This document shows positions 47,232 to 61,405 of a stretch of 64,000 bases of DNA, one piece after another. How positions within the stretch are numbered: the stretch's first letter is position 1; every line of letters starts with the position of its first letter. The DNA is from Eledone cirrhosa (taxonomy: Eukaryota): positions 137,082,001 through 137,146,000 of the forward strand of contig OZ024741.1 of the NCBI GenBank assembly GCA_964016885.1, given 5' to 3'. Position numbers and translations under genes: made by a program. The notes under the pieces were generated by a model. It worked only from the letters and a program-made list of their open reading frames with translations, did not search any database and was not told the DNA's origin.

Positions 47232-47600
47232 TGGTTGAAAGACCCACATCCCGCAGGGCCTACATAGGGTTAACCGCCAATAGATTCAAGCAGCGTCTTT
47301 ACATGCATGCCCATTCTTTTCTTAACCCTTTAAGAAGGAATATGACGTCACTTTCAGCTTAAATCTGGAGTCTAAAAGACAACCACACCCAATATAAGTT
47401 ACACTGGGAGATCCTAGCTAAGGCTAGATCGTATAACGGAAATAAAAGACCATATGACCTCTGCGCCGCTGAGGCCCTGGAAATATCTACGCCAAAGACC
47501 ACATCTTAAACAAAAAATCTGAGGCAATTTCGGCTTGTAAACATAAATTGCACAAAACTTTCCTGTACTACAGCCCCACATTATACCCTAACGGATAGTA
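47232..47600 (+). pseudogene. PLE GIY-YIG remnant
   Basis: AYIGLTANRFKQRLYMH..SF...TSLSA-stop-IWSLKD. Confidence 0.7.
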
Positions 47601-48029
47601 CGAACTATTCGCGCATATTTTACGTCTTGATGTGGTAGCTAAGTATATGTTATGTTTATACCATTACTTATTTGTATAGGTAAGTATATATTACCCATAT
47701 GTTTTGTGAAGGTACGTATACTTTCTCGGACGTATATTTGCTTGTATATGTTATAGGTCTATATTTTATATTATATATATAGGTACATGCGCATATGGTT
47801 ATGTGTATACGTGAGTTTTGCGTCTGTGTGATTATGCGGGTTTGTACGTACGTAGGGTGTGTGTATATGTGTACTTTGTGTTTTGGTTAACGTACGTCTG
47901 CGCACATATGTGTATTTACATGTAGGTATGTGTGTGCGTGCGTCATATACGTATTTATGTGTGTATATTTATATACGTTTATATAATTATATGTATACAC
48001 GCACACACACACACACATATATATATATA

Positions 48030-48790
48030 TTTTTTATATATATTTTTATGTGTTTTGGTGTATATGTTCGTATGTTTGCGGGCACAGGCGTTGCGTCTGC
48101 GTGCGTGATTTTTTTGTGTACGTGCTTGTGTTTGCATACCCATGGCGGGTGTTTTCGAGTATGCACGTGTATGTACGTATATGGATGCGTGCATGTATAT
48201 ATTTAATTTCAATTACTTCTGTAATTTATTTTTTCTTTACCCTGAAGCCGAGAATCATTCGGTTTCATGAATAGAATTTTATTCTACGACTTTAGTTATA
48301 CTATAAACGTGGTTTTGTCTTTGCGTGTAATTGTTCTCACCGATCCACATAATGACGTGTTATCTTCTTCGTTTTTTCCGTTCATTGCCAAAGAACGTCT
48401 CCACGAACCACCTAATAGAATATTAGTCTACAACTTCATTTATACCATAAACGGGGTTTTGTCTTTGCGTGTATTTGTTTTCACCGGTCCAAATAATGAC
48501 GTATTATCTTCGTTTTTTCCGTTCTTTGCCAGGGGACGTTTCCACGAACCAAAGTATCGCCTTCCTGTCTTCCTTCAGTTGCAACGCTTTTCGAAATATT
48601 TACTTCTGCGTTTACAGTTTGACTTTGTTAGTTTCAGAAGATCCCGTTAAGGGCGAAAGCAACGACTCTTTGCTTAAACTTTAATCTGTTATTTTAATAA
48701 ATATTTGCTCTACGGTTCTTATATATTTGATATATATTTATCCTTATCGAGCCCTCTTTGGATTTTAGTCTTCTAATTTATTATTATTAC
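48030..48790. repeat. non-coding repeat with ~140-bp internal duplication (same family as 57915-58785)
   Basis: 48040-48790 matches the reverse complement of ~57915-58575. Confidence 0.75.
48630..48680 (+). ncRNA. type I hammerhead with CAGAAGA core (also 58024-58074 minus, 58708-58761 plus)
   Basis: AGTTT CAGAAGA t CCC gttaa GGG c GAA AGCA...TGCT T AAACT; all three stems pair. Confidence 0.6.
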
Positions 48791-48879
<89 letters not shown>

Positions 48880-48883
<4 letters not shown>

Positions 48884-50845
48884 AAACACACTCCACCAGG
48901 ATCTGTGAACAACACTAAGTGCAGAACCCCCCAAAACAGAAAAACAATTATCAGAAAAATAAAAAGAACAAACAAAAAATTAACACACTAAAATACTGCC
49001 AACAGCAACACACACATTCGACGGCTATCTCCCTGCTTGAATAAAAAAGTTAACCTCCAACAATGCATGAAGACCATTGTCAATAACCAAAGAAGAGCTG
49101 AAGAGAAACGGGCTATTGAAAAAATCAAACTCAATCCCAAAGTGTTCTTTTCATTTGCGAAAAAACACAAGGTCACTGTCTCCACTGTTGGCCCTCTGAT
49201 TGATGAAAATGGCACACTCCAAGATAATGCCAAAACCATGGGTGAGATACGGCAGAAAAAATGCTGCTCCGTTTTCAGCAATCCTGATATGGCTGATTTG
49301 GGCTGTATCAGTGATGTTAATCCCCAACGCACTATATCGGACTATATTGTTTGGCGCCCCTTAAATCTTAGTGGCAATAAACAAAATTAAACACAATTCA
49401 GTAATATACTCCGATAGGTTGCCTGCTTGTGTCTTGAAGGTGTTTTGATACCAACTTGCATCTCCTTTTGCTAATCTGTGAAGGAACTCACTGGATGCTG
49501 GCTAAATACCTGAAAACTTATTGTCACAGTCTGTTGTCCCAGTTTTCAAAAAGGGAAACAAGTGCCTTGCAGTGAACTACCGTCCGATCTTACTCACCTC
49601 TCATATCATTAAGGTATTTGAGAGGGTGGTGAGATCACCACTTTCTTGAAAGCAACAAACTACTAAACTCCAACCAACAAGGGTTCCGTAATGGAAAGGA
49701 CTGCCTAACGCAGCTCCTGCATCATTTTGATGATATTTTGAGAGCTTTGGGAGAGGGCTCCGACACTGATGTCATATACCTTGAGTCCAGCAATGCATTT
49801 CACAGGGTTGATCACAGTATTCTACTGATAAAACTATCCAACATTGGTGTCTCTGGAAAGTTACTGCAATGGATCAAGTGTTTCCTGACAGACAGAGCTC
49901 AACATGTTGTAGTCGAAGGAGTAAAATGAAGCCCAGCAAAAGTCAGTAGTAGCGTTCCACTTAATTTCATTATTTATATCAATTATATTACTGACGACAT
50001 GAAGCACAGACACATAAGAATCTTTGCAGATGATTCCAAGCTCCAGAATGTCATCAATGAAGTGGGTGACCGGACATGCCTTCAATCTGATCTACTTGCT
50101 GTTATCCAATGGGCAGAAAAGAACAATATTCTGCTGATCGAGGATAAATTTGAGTTAATCCACTTTGGAAAGGAGGATGCACTGAAACTCCAATATTCCC
50201 TTCTTTCAGGTGAAACTCTCGTAGCATCCAACATCAGAGACTTGGAAGTAATTGTCGATAACAACATAATCTGGGCTACTCATATAAACAGCAAAGTTGA
50301 CATGGCTCACAGAATGTGTTCCTGGATTCTCAGAACTTTCCAGTCGAGAGATATCCACACTATTATCCTTCTCTTCTCTGCTTTCGCCCGACCCCACCTT
50401 GAATACTGTTGTCCACTGAGGTCTCCCCACACGAAACAAAGTATCATGAAGATTGAACCTCCTCAAAGGTCAATCACAAAAAAAATAGATGCCATGACAG
50501 GCCTTGACTATTGGGGTCGACTAGAAAAGCTCAAACTTTATTCTCTCGAACGCCGCCGTGAGCGCTACATTATCTGCATGATGTGGAACATATTCCATCA
50601 GCATATCCGAAATGATGTTGGTATCACCCTTAAACTACACATAAGGCTTGGATCCCGTGCTAACCGCCCGGAGAAAAAAATCAAACTCGTATCTCATAAC
50701 AACACTACGCCACAATTATTTCACTTCAATTAGTCCCGCTCTCTTTAAAATTATGCCAAAACAGATTAACACAGAAACAGACACTATACAATTCAAAATG
50801 GTTTTGGACAAATTCCTTCAAGAAATCCTGGATAAACCTCCCACT
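48880..50845 (+). pseudogene. degenerate CR1-group LINE RT
   Basis: NYRPI.LTS, IFADDSKL, RPHLEYC, RLEKLKLYSLERRRER; many stops and frameshifts. Confidence 0.85.
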
Positions 50846-51780
50846 GTAGAGAAACCCTCCTATTTAACAACGGCGACCCATGGAGAAAAAAATCCAATAT
50901 CAACGACCCATTCCATGTGCCAATATATATCCGATCTCGGGGACTTGTTTATTCTAGATAACATACATAGTAAATTCCATGACTTCTGTCATGATGATGG
51001 TCTGGCACTATCGAAGCATAAAAGTGGCCATGACCTTGACACCTTTAGGAAAAACCTAATCGCTACCTTCAACAGCCGAGGATTAAAAATTATGATAACC
51101 ACCAACATCACCAATGTCAACTTCCTAGACGTTAATTTAGACCTACATACACGCACATATAGACCATTCCACAAACCAAGTGAGAAACTTCGATACATCC
51201 AGAAGGACTCTAGCCACCCCTATAGTTTTTTAAAATCTTACCAAAAATATTAGTAAGAAGTTATCCAACCTCTCTTCTAGAAAAGCTATTTTTGATATGA
51301 CAGCACCCTACTATAATTTAGCACTAAGCTACAGCAGCTTCTCTGAAAAATCACTTACTCTCCAGATCACCGTCCTACATCTAGAAAGAAAAAAAAACCT
51401 AGACATAAAGATGTCATATTGTTTGCACCACCTTTCGCACTTAATGTGAAAACTCATGTACGTAGAAAGTTTCTAGTCCTCATATACCTCTACTTCCCTG
51501 TTGGCCATAAGTATCGAAAGATATTCAATCGCCATACAGTGAAAATAGGATACTCATGAACTAATAACATTAAATCCTACATCACCGGCAAATGCAAAAG
51601 CCCTCCACCGTGCCAGATGCTCATGTAAAAGACGAGAAACACGCCCACAGTGTAACACTCCAGCGGTGATATATCAAGCAGAAGTTACCTCCACCAACCA
51701 GAACCACCAAACTGAAGAACGACCTCTGTCGGTATGTGCGAGAGCCGGTTCAAAAGCCGATACCTGAATCACGAAACAAC
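50846..51780 (+). pseudogene. degenerate PLE RT fragment (type of 18584)
   Basis: HDDGL, VNFLDVNLDL..YRPFHKP..YI...SSHP, LFAPPF. Confidence 0.75.
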
Positions 51781-52141
51781 ATGCCACCCAGCTATGTATA
51801 TGTACCCCCCCCCCCCACACACACATTTCAGTTCAGCACTCGAACATTAGACGTGAAGAATAACACTTGAAATTGACAACAGTGAAAGAATGAACAAACG
51901 CAATATCTGTTGTGAATATTGTTTCTTCTTGGACTTTATTATTATTATTATTTTTATTATCATTATTAATATTATTATTGTAAACAATATCATCATTGTA
52001 ATTATCATCATTGTCATAATTATTATTACTTTGTTGTCGTCAACCATATTTTGAATAAAGCAATCTGAAAAAAATATAAAATATATATAATGAAGAGCCA
52101 AAAATGAAAGAAACTATATACACACATATATATATATGTGC

Positions 52142-52217
<76 letters not shown>

Positions 52218-52291
52218 GTGTACATGTGTGTGTCTGTATGTATATGAATACACACACAGACATATATATATATATATATATGTGTATGTGG

Positions 52292-52384
<93 letters not shown>

Positions 52385-53135
52385 TAAGCTCCGTTTAAGC
52401 CACCAGACTACTCAATACACACTAGTGTGTATTGTTAATGCTGATATTTCTGCTTCATGGTTTTAAGAGAGTTCTAGGAATATTCACACATCGATTATCA
52501 GCGGATATTTTACCAGTTGGATAAGCAAAATACAAGATAGCGGTAAATCAAGCAATGTGTGACTTTATTGGTTGTTTGATTATTGTCTTGAAAACAAGAT
52601 GTATTAGTTCTTTCATACCTGTAACTCGAGTTTAGTTATGTTTATATGTCTAATATCGTTGTGGAGTAGTTTAATGTGATATTTTTCAGTTAAACAATGC
52701 CGATAGTGTTCTGAACCATCACTTAACAAAATGGCTCGGGTCAAGAAAAATACAATAACAAATACAACACCACAATGATAATGTATTGAACTAATCGTCA
52801 CATACAAACACAATGTGAAATTTTGGTTATTACTTGTCCAAGACAACAGATCATAATACGTAACATGTTGTTGATTTGACTTTCACTTTTCCAACAACTA
52901 CAAATGTTTGGTGATGCTGATGGAACCTAGACGCATGAATGCCTTGAAACCTGGTACAAAAGTAACTACACACACAGACACACACACACACACACACTAT
53001 ATATATATGTACATACGCATATATATGCATAGAAATATATTTACGTATACGAATATGTTTTTAGATATATACATATATAAATGCATGCATATATATATAT
53101 ATATGTATATATATATATGTATATATGTATATAAA

Positions 53136-53201
<66 letters not shown>

Positions 53202-53794
53202 TAAAAGGAAAAGAAAATGCTGACAAATTTTTCCCAGTGAAAAATAGTTTAATTAGGAATAATTATAAATTAGTAATAAGTATTGGTTAGTATTCAGTTT
53301 TAGTTTTAAGTTTTTACCGGTTGCGCATTTCTAATGCTTTTCAAAAATAATTTTGAGCGCTCGTGATGTTTGCTCTAATTAGAGCAAACATTCACTAATG
53401 ATAACAAAAAAAAAAAAAAATTCCATCTCAACACCCTAAATAGATAATAACTTCTTGTATTTTCATTTAGTTATTTGATTAGTATTACTTTTGAGAAATA
53501 TCTTTTATTGAAGTTACTTTCCCAAACACGTTTTTACTTATTTTTTTTCTATTTTTTTCTATTTATTTTATTTATTTATTTATTCATTTATCTATTTATT
53601 CATTTATTTATTTATTTATTTACTTATTTATTTATTTCAAAAAAGCACTCTGGCTAATTGACCACTCCCCAAAGAAAAAACGGCCTGTGCCATGTTGTGG
53701 TCCTGTTATCTAAATACCATCCTACTCCAACGCCCCCGCCCCCCCCCCTTACCACTACCTAAATGTATAAATACCAGAACTTAATATGACACCC

Positions 53795-53845
53795 AGCTTC
53801 CTGAAGATTTCATCTGAATGAAACAGTACTAGTCCTGTAGAAGCT
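53795..53845 (+). ncRNA. complete type I hammerhead
   Basis: AGCTTC CTGAAGA t TTC atct GAA t GAA ACAG tactagtc CTGT A GAAGCT; followed by AATAAA, an A-run and (TA)n. Confidence 0.85.
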
Positions 53846-53860
53846 CCTTCTATAAAATAA

Positions 53861-53891
<31 letters not shown>

Positions 53892-54748
53892 CTCATACAC
53901 ACACACACATATACACATGTGTACTTATATATATATATATATATATATACGCACACACACACACACATATATATGTGTAATTATATATATATATATACTT
54001 ATACATATACATATATATATATACACATACATATATACACTTACAAACATATATATGTACATATATATATATATGTATGAATACAAACAAACACACACAC
54101 ATATATATATATATATGTATATAAACAATTATATAATCATGCAACACTCACCATATATATATATATATACATATATAAAATATTTTATTGAGTGTGGTCT
54201 TTTGCAATATATGCTCGAAAACTTTATATATATAGTATTCATTCGTATTTATTTGATATGACGTAAACGTTTATTACTATTATTAATTGTTTCTACTTTA
54301 GGCACAAGGCCAGCAATTAACCAGTACATTACTGGTACTTTATTTTATCGACCCCGTAAGGATGAAAGGAAAAGTAAACCTCGACGAGATTTGAACTCAG
54401 ACTGTAAAGGGACGTAACTATGCTAGAAAGCATGGCGTCCAACCCTCTACCGATACTGCCAATTCTATTATTAATAATAATAATATATATAATATATGGG
54501 TATAGAGAATATATAACTGAAACACTGAGAAAAATATAGCAAAACTAAAAATAGAAACAAATAGAAACCTAGTCTAAATATGTGTGCTGCGGGAAAATCG
54601 TTATTGAGAAATTTATTAAAAAATTATTACACAATAACATGCTTGGTTACAGTTTCAGTACCACAGCATAGCACTGTGAGTTAGAAACTTTTACTTTAAC
54701 CACGTATTGATCAATGTCTTGGTACACGGAAACTGCAGTTTCTCGTCG

Positions 54749-54815
<67 letters not shown>

Positions 54816-54879
54816 TTAATAAAAAAATTGTATTGTTTACGAAATTTAAATTTATATATATATGTATATGTGTGCGTGC

Positions 54880-54967
<88 letters not shown>

Positions 54968-54973
<6 letters not shown>

Positions 54974-55700
54974 AGAAATGTAAGCTATCGCCGTATTTTG
55001 ACTAAAGAAATTAAAGAAATTATTTAGCCTGATAGTGGGGTTAAGAACCCTCGGAGAAATGGAAAAAGATGAGTATTGACGTCAATACTCATCTTTTTCC
55101 ATTTCTCCGAGGGTTCTTAACCCCACTATCAGGCTAAATAATTTCTTTAATTTCTTTAGTCAAAATACGGCGATAGCTTACATTTCTAATAATTTCAAAC
55201 CAACTCGCTGTTTCGAAAATATTCTTACATATATATATATATATATATATATATGTAGAAGTTATATTTAATTTGTTGGGATTCCAACAAACTTAAAAGT
55301 TTATAACTGATATAGAGCACTCAACAAATTACTGGAGTAAATATTCAATATATTAATAAATGGAAACTATATTTATAAAACCATAATTATTTTATTATAT
55401 ATATTTCAAGGGCGACCAAGCCAAACTTGGTGCGCTTTCATCAGATAAAATACAAAATTTGTTTTATAAATAGTGACATAACCATGGAAAACAACCTTGA
55501 CGGTTGAAAATTCACTGGATGGTCTCTCCAGCGAATTTTCAACCGTCAAGGTTGTTTTCCATGGTTATGTCACTATTTATAAAACAAATTTTGTATTTTA
55601 TCTGATGAAAGCGCACCAAGTTTGGCTTGGTCGCCCTTGAAATATATATAATACAATAATTATGGTTTTATAAATATAGTTTCCATTTATTAATATATTG
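54968..55700. repeat. two adjacent palindromes (centres ~55080 and ~55525); related palindrome centred ~42580
   Basis: ...gagtattgac|gtcaatactc... and ...gaaaattc.ctgga..tccag.gaattttc...; families shared with 40310-40930 and 42295-42680. Confidence 0.85.
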
Positions 55701-55754
55701 TATATATATATATATATACGTGTGTGTGTACGTGTGTGTGCGTGAGTGAGTGTG

Positions 55755-55785
<31 letters not shown>

Positions 55786-55874
55786 GTCTGTATATACATA
55801 TATATACATATATATATAAATACATATATATATATATAAATATATATCTCTCTATATATATATATATATATATA

Positions 55875-55953
<79 letters not shown>

Positions 55954-56393
55954 TATACACATACATATACACACACATACAGACGCACGCGCGCGAGCAC
56001 ACACGCACACGCACACACATATATATATATACACAGTCATTTTATATATATATGCATGTATAAACTTACATTGATTTAAAAATCAAATTGTACGTTGACC
56101 ATTGAAACCCATGGTCCAAACTGTAGGAGATGTCAAGGTTGATAAAATACCAATTAACTGGTAATTAATTTGCTATATAATTTTGTTTACCTTATTCTGA
56201 TGGACGAGTTGTGTAAATTAATACATAATTCAGTTACTTAGATAATTATTTATTTCTTTATCATTTTAAAAACATCCATAGACCCTTTACTTCATATGAA
56301 GTAGTAAGTGTGTTACCGTGATACACGTTGTGTTTTGAGCATTATAACCATGGTGGAATCCATCATTCTCCAAATTTTAACACAGCTGATTTC

Positions 56394-56442
<49 letters not shown>

Positions 56443-56514
56443 TAGGGAGAGAGATAGATAGATAGAGATAGAGAGAGATAGAGAGAGAGATGGAGATAGA
56501 GATAGAGAGAAATG

Positions 56515-56562
<48 letters not shown>

Positions 56563-56565
56563 TAT

Positions 56566-57615
56566 ATCATATAAGAAACGGAGAATCAGTTTTGCGACGA
56601 ATAAAGTTTATTAGACATATTACAATCGTTTCTCTGGCGACCAGCTCGAGGCTCGATCGATGTAGTAATCGAACCTGACTCTGAAATCGCAAGGTCCTCA
56701 GATACGTCTCGATTCCACGAAGCAGAGTTTCCAAATGTCCAGTTACACCCGCGGCTCTGACTCGGCAGCTTAGATCCTGTTGTTGTCATTCTATGAGTGG
56801 TCAAGAATTGTACGTCATTGGTATTTTCGGCCACTCATGGCCGTCCTATATTTGGCTCCTTTCATTCGCCACCTGTCAATCAAAGTTGTTTCTTAAATCG
56901 GAATTACTACTGTAGGAAGTAAAGGGTTGTATGATTGAACCTCTTGCGCCCTGTCAACCTGTAGCCGCCCTCACCCATGTCCATGTTTCGCGCAGGCGTG
57001 ATACATACGGGCACTTATACACCCACATCGATCACGTACACACAGTCAAGAACTGTACACAGTTGCGGGTGTGTACGTGATCGTTGTGGGTGTATAAGTG
57101 CCCGTATGTATCACGCCTGCACGAAACATGGACATGGGTGAGGGCGACTACAGGTTGACAGGGCGCAAGAGGTTCAATCATACAACCCTTTACTTCCTAC
57201 AGTAGTAATTTCGATTTAAGAAACAACTTTGATTGACAGGTGGCGAATGAAAGGAACCAAATATAGGACGGCCATGAGTGGCCGAAAATACCGATGACGT
57301 ACAATTCTTGACCACTCATAGGGTGACAACAACAGGATCTAAGCTGCCGAGTGAGGGCCGCGGATGTAACTGGACATTTGGAAACTCTGCTTCGTGGAAT
57401 CGAGACGTATCTGACGACCTTGCAATTTCAGAGTCAGGTTCGATCACTACATCGATCGAGCCTCGAGCTGGTCGCCAGAGAAACGATTGTAATATGTCTA
57501 ATAAATTTTATTCGTCGCAAAACTGATTCTCCGTTTCTTATGTGATATACTCTGCTCTGTAAGAGCATCGAGTGCTCAAACGGCATATCGCTTACGGACG
57601 CTTTAAGCATCCCAC

Positions 57616-57620
<5 letters not shown>
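56566..57620. mobile_element. ~980-bp near-perfect palindrome of a non-coding HHR-bearing element
   Basis: 56566-~57045 is the reverse complement of ~57070-57546, with scattered substitutions. Confidence 0.9.
57404..57498 (+). ncRNA. hammerhead with a large branched stem II insertion (mirror copy 56614-56708)
   Basis: 7-bp stem I GACGTAT/ATATGTC; CTGA(C/G)GA; ~60-nt domain II with hairpins AGGTTCGATC/GATCGAGCCT and CTGG/CCAG; GAAA cgattg TA. Confidence 0.65.
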
Positions 57621-57680
<60 letters not shown>

Positions 57681-57755
57681 CAAAGAAAGTGTGGTAAGAT
57701 ACCAGGTGGACCAAACGCACCAGAGTATTCGATACTTAGGGTAGTAGAGTGGGTA

Positions 57756-57861
57756 ATAGGAAAAGAGCCAGGACCCCGACGGCTGAGCTCCGGCTGTTTC
57801 GACAGCTAGACCCGCTGTCGAAACGACCGGAGCTCAGCCGTCGGGGTCCTGACTATTTTCC

Positions 57862-57864
<3 letters not shown>
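57756..57864. repeat. GC-rich ~50-bp hairpin
   Basis: caggaccccgacggctgagctccgg..gtttcgacagc / gctgtcgaaac..ccggagctcagccgtcggggtcctg. Confidence 0.85.
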
Positions 57865-57916
<52 letters not shown>

Positions 57917-58777
57917 ATAATAATATATTTGAAGACTAAAATCCAAAGAGGGCTCGATAAGGATAAATATATATCAAATATATAAGAACCGTAGAGCAAA
58001 TATTTATTAAAATAACAGATTAAAGTTTAAGCAAAGAATCGCTGCTTTCACCCTTAACGGGATCTTCTGAAACTAACAAAGTCAATCAGTGAACGCAGAA
58101 GTGAATATTTCAAAAATCATTGCAACCGTAGGAAGACAGGAATACGATACTTTGGTTCGTGGAAACGTTCCCTGGCAAAGAACGGGAAAAAACGAATATA
58201 ATACGTCATTATTTGGAGCGGTGAAAAACAATTACACGCAAAGACAAAACCACGTTTATGGTATAAAAGAAGTCGTAGACAAATATTCTATTAGGTGGTT
58301 CATAGAGACGTTCTCAGGCAATGAACGGAAAAAACGATGATAATACGTCATATGTGGAGCGGTGAGAACAATTGCACGCAAAGACAAAACCACGTAAATG
58401 GTGTAACTGAAGTCGTAGACTAGGAAACCGAATGATTCTCGGCTTCAGAATTAAGAATAAAGTAAATAAAATACAGAGGTAATTGAAATAAATACATACA
58501 CGCATCCATATACGTACATACACAAGCATACGCGAAAACACTCGCCATAGGTATAAAAATACACGCATGTACACACAAAAAAAAATTCGTTTTTTCCCGT
58601 TCTTTGCCAGGGAACGTTGCCACGAACCAAAGTATCCTTTTCCTGTCTTCCTACGGTTGCAACGTTTTTTGAAATATTCACTTCTGCGTTCACAGATTAA
58701 CTTTGTTAGTTTCAGAAGATCCCGTTAAGGGTGAAAGCAGCGATTCTTTGTTGCTTAAACTTTAATCTGTTATTTTA

Positions 58778-58857
<80 letters not shown>

Positions 58858-58863
<6 letters not shown>

Positions 58864-59372
58864 ATACTTTGGGAGGGTCATGTTGCCAATAAGAAACAAA
58901 CGCACCAGTTGCTTTCACTTCAATTTATTATAAATTAAATTTATAAATTTAGGAATTTATAAATTTCCGGTTGGTTGGTTGGTTCCACAACCAGACGATT
59001 GTTCATATATTGTCAAAGTTCTTTCGTCACACATTCTGTGACCTATTCACACACAAAAACAAGATGGCGTAGGACAGAACAAAGGAGAGGCACAAAAACA
59101 AAGAAAAGAATCCTCAGTCACTGAAGAGGTCACAGAATGTGTGACGAAAGAACTTTGACAATATATGAACAATCGTCTGGTTGTGGAACCAACCAACCAA
59201 CCGGAAATTTATAAATTCCTAAATTTATAAATTTAATTTATAATAAATTGAAGTGAAAGCAACTGGTGCGTGTGTTTCTTATTGGCAACATGACCCTCCC
59301 AAACTATAACAATATCGGTTTCAACACACGTTTGCAGATAAATAATCTTGCTAAACAAATTCAGAAACGAAA
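58858..59372. mobile_element. fold-back PLE pseudo-LTR pair with hammerhead at 59117-59159 (plus)
   Basis: Same family as 16029-17380 and 44641-45183; GTCA CTGAAGA g GTCACA gaatg TGTGAC GAAA gaac TT TGAC. Confidence 0.82.
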
Positions 59373-59446
59373 TATATATATATATATATATTTATTAAAA
59401 TAACAGATTAAAGTTTAAGCAAAGAATCGCTGCTTTCACCCTTAAC

Positions 59447-59523
<77 letters not shown>

Positions 59524-59595
59524 GTATATATATATACATATATATATACATATATATATATATAGAGAGAGAGAGAGAGGGAGAGAGAGAGAGAG

Positions 59596-59654
<59 letters not shown>

Positions 59655-60372
59655 AAGGAAAATCGTTCCTAGTATTGGATAGGTAGTTTATTTATCCTCT
59701 TCGAAATGATAAAAGTCAAAGTTGGTCTCAGCGAGATTTGAACTTAGAACGTAGTACAGAGAGCAAGAACAAATATCGCCAAGAATTCTTTCCGACCTTT
59801 TAACCGCTCTGTCAATTCACCACCGTATAAAAAAAAAAACAAAACAAAAAAACAAACAAATTATATAATCAATTCTAACTGCAACTCTCCAGCACACTTT
59901 TTGCATCAGTTTTCATTTTCTTGTTTTTATTTGTAAATCTATGTAACGGGCTGGAACAAGTGAAAGAGTAAAAGATTAGGAATGTCAATCTTCTTTAGTG
60001 TAGTTTTAAGTGGAATTAAAATCGAAGTCTCAAGTTCTTCAATATTTTCAATGTTATCACAAAACCAATGACTTTATATGCCAGTCATAACGTATCGAAA
60101 TGTCAACAAATCAAAAATAAAAAAAAGTAAAAATTTCCCTCAAATCAACAAACAAGGTCCCCAATCCATAAAAACAAACGAACAAAAACAAACAATCTCT
60201 TCTGTACATTTTGCACTGTGACGTATGTTGTGATATAAGTTTGGTCTTTACGCCTCCAATAAAACAGGTCTTGTGTCTATAATGGCAAAAAATTCCTTAG
60301 CTGAAAAATAAAAACAAAAATATCGTCATAAATATAAGAATCATTATTAAATAAAAGAAATAGAATATACAC

Positions 60373-60474
<102 letters not shown>

Positions 60475-60677
60475 TCTGTTCATTTATTAAACTATATATA
60501 TATATTGTTATACTTTGGGAGGGGCATGTTGCTAAACAAATTCAGAAACGAAATATATATATATATATACGCGTATATATATATATGTATGTAAAAGGTA
60601 AACAGAAATAACAACACAATCCGTACAGTATATGGAAGGGATATATTAGGTTAACGCTTGATATAGCAGGAAGAGGG

Positions 60678-60713
60678 TCTTAACGTTTCGGACGCTAGTC
60701 CTTCATCAGAAGA
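60678..60713 (-). ncRNA. minimal type I hammerhead
   Basis: TCTT CTGATGA a GGAC tagc GTCC GAAA cg TT AAGA. Confidence 0.8.
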
Positions 60714-60875
60714 AAGAATGAGAAATAAGATAGATTGAGGGGACAGGCGGGATGGAATTGGAAAAAATGTCTTTAAATAAAAATAACAGGTCCATTCATA
60801 GGCATAAAATTAGTGAAATTTCTTCAGGATATTGCTACACATACAAACATAAATACGCACACACACACACACACA

Positions 60876-60940
<65 letters not shown>

Positions 60941-60959
60941 GAAAAGTGATAAAGATATG

Positions 60960-61370
60960 AAACAAACACCTAATGTGTTTTATTTTATATACATGCTACA
61001 TGTATAAAAGAAAACAATTACATAAAAAAGAACAGTTTTCGTACTTTTGTCCTTGATCGGTTTCGTGCAAAGCAGCTTTCCAAAAGCTTTTTACATATTT
61101 AATTTGCTAGCTTTTCATTTATAATGTTATTGTCGCTTATGCTTTTGTTAAAATAAGAGACGCAACTGGTTGTATCTTTGCCACTTACGTCGAGGAAAAA
61201 AAAAGAAATTCTTGACAAGGGATGTAAATCTGGTCCGACCAGCTTTGGTCTAAATTTTTCTATAAAAATCATTTCTTTGCCAATGTGTTTTTCCTCTGAT
61301 GGTGACTGGCAATATTGGCAGAATGGGGAGACATTGAAATTTTGTAAAAATCTACAAACAAACCTCATAA
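60960..61370 (-). mobile_element. inverted, diverged copy of the 3' end of the Neptune-like remnant at 62390-63780
   Basis: PFCQYCQ..EEK..KEMIFIEKFRPKL; ataagcgacaat.acatta.aaatg and tcaaggacaaaagtac shared with 63430-63730. Confidence 0.6.
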
Positions 61371-61405
61371 ATTCATGGAAGCGAATTCAGTATAATTCAG
61401 TATAA

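Noticed and set aside
50648-51253. In-frame CR1-PLE fusion ORF
   Set aside because: Both parts are heavily decayed; chance read-through across an insertion junction is the simplest explanation.
52915-52958. CTGATGG...GAAACCTGGTA motif
   Set aside because: A9 is altered and stems I and II are poor; at best a decayed hammerhead.
56586-57526. Twin 82-aa ORFs in the palindrome arms
   Set aside because: GTG starts and no motifs; they are duplicated only because of the palindrome.
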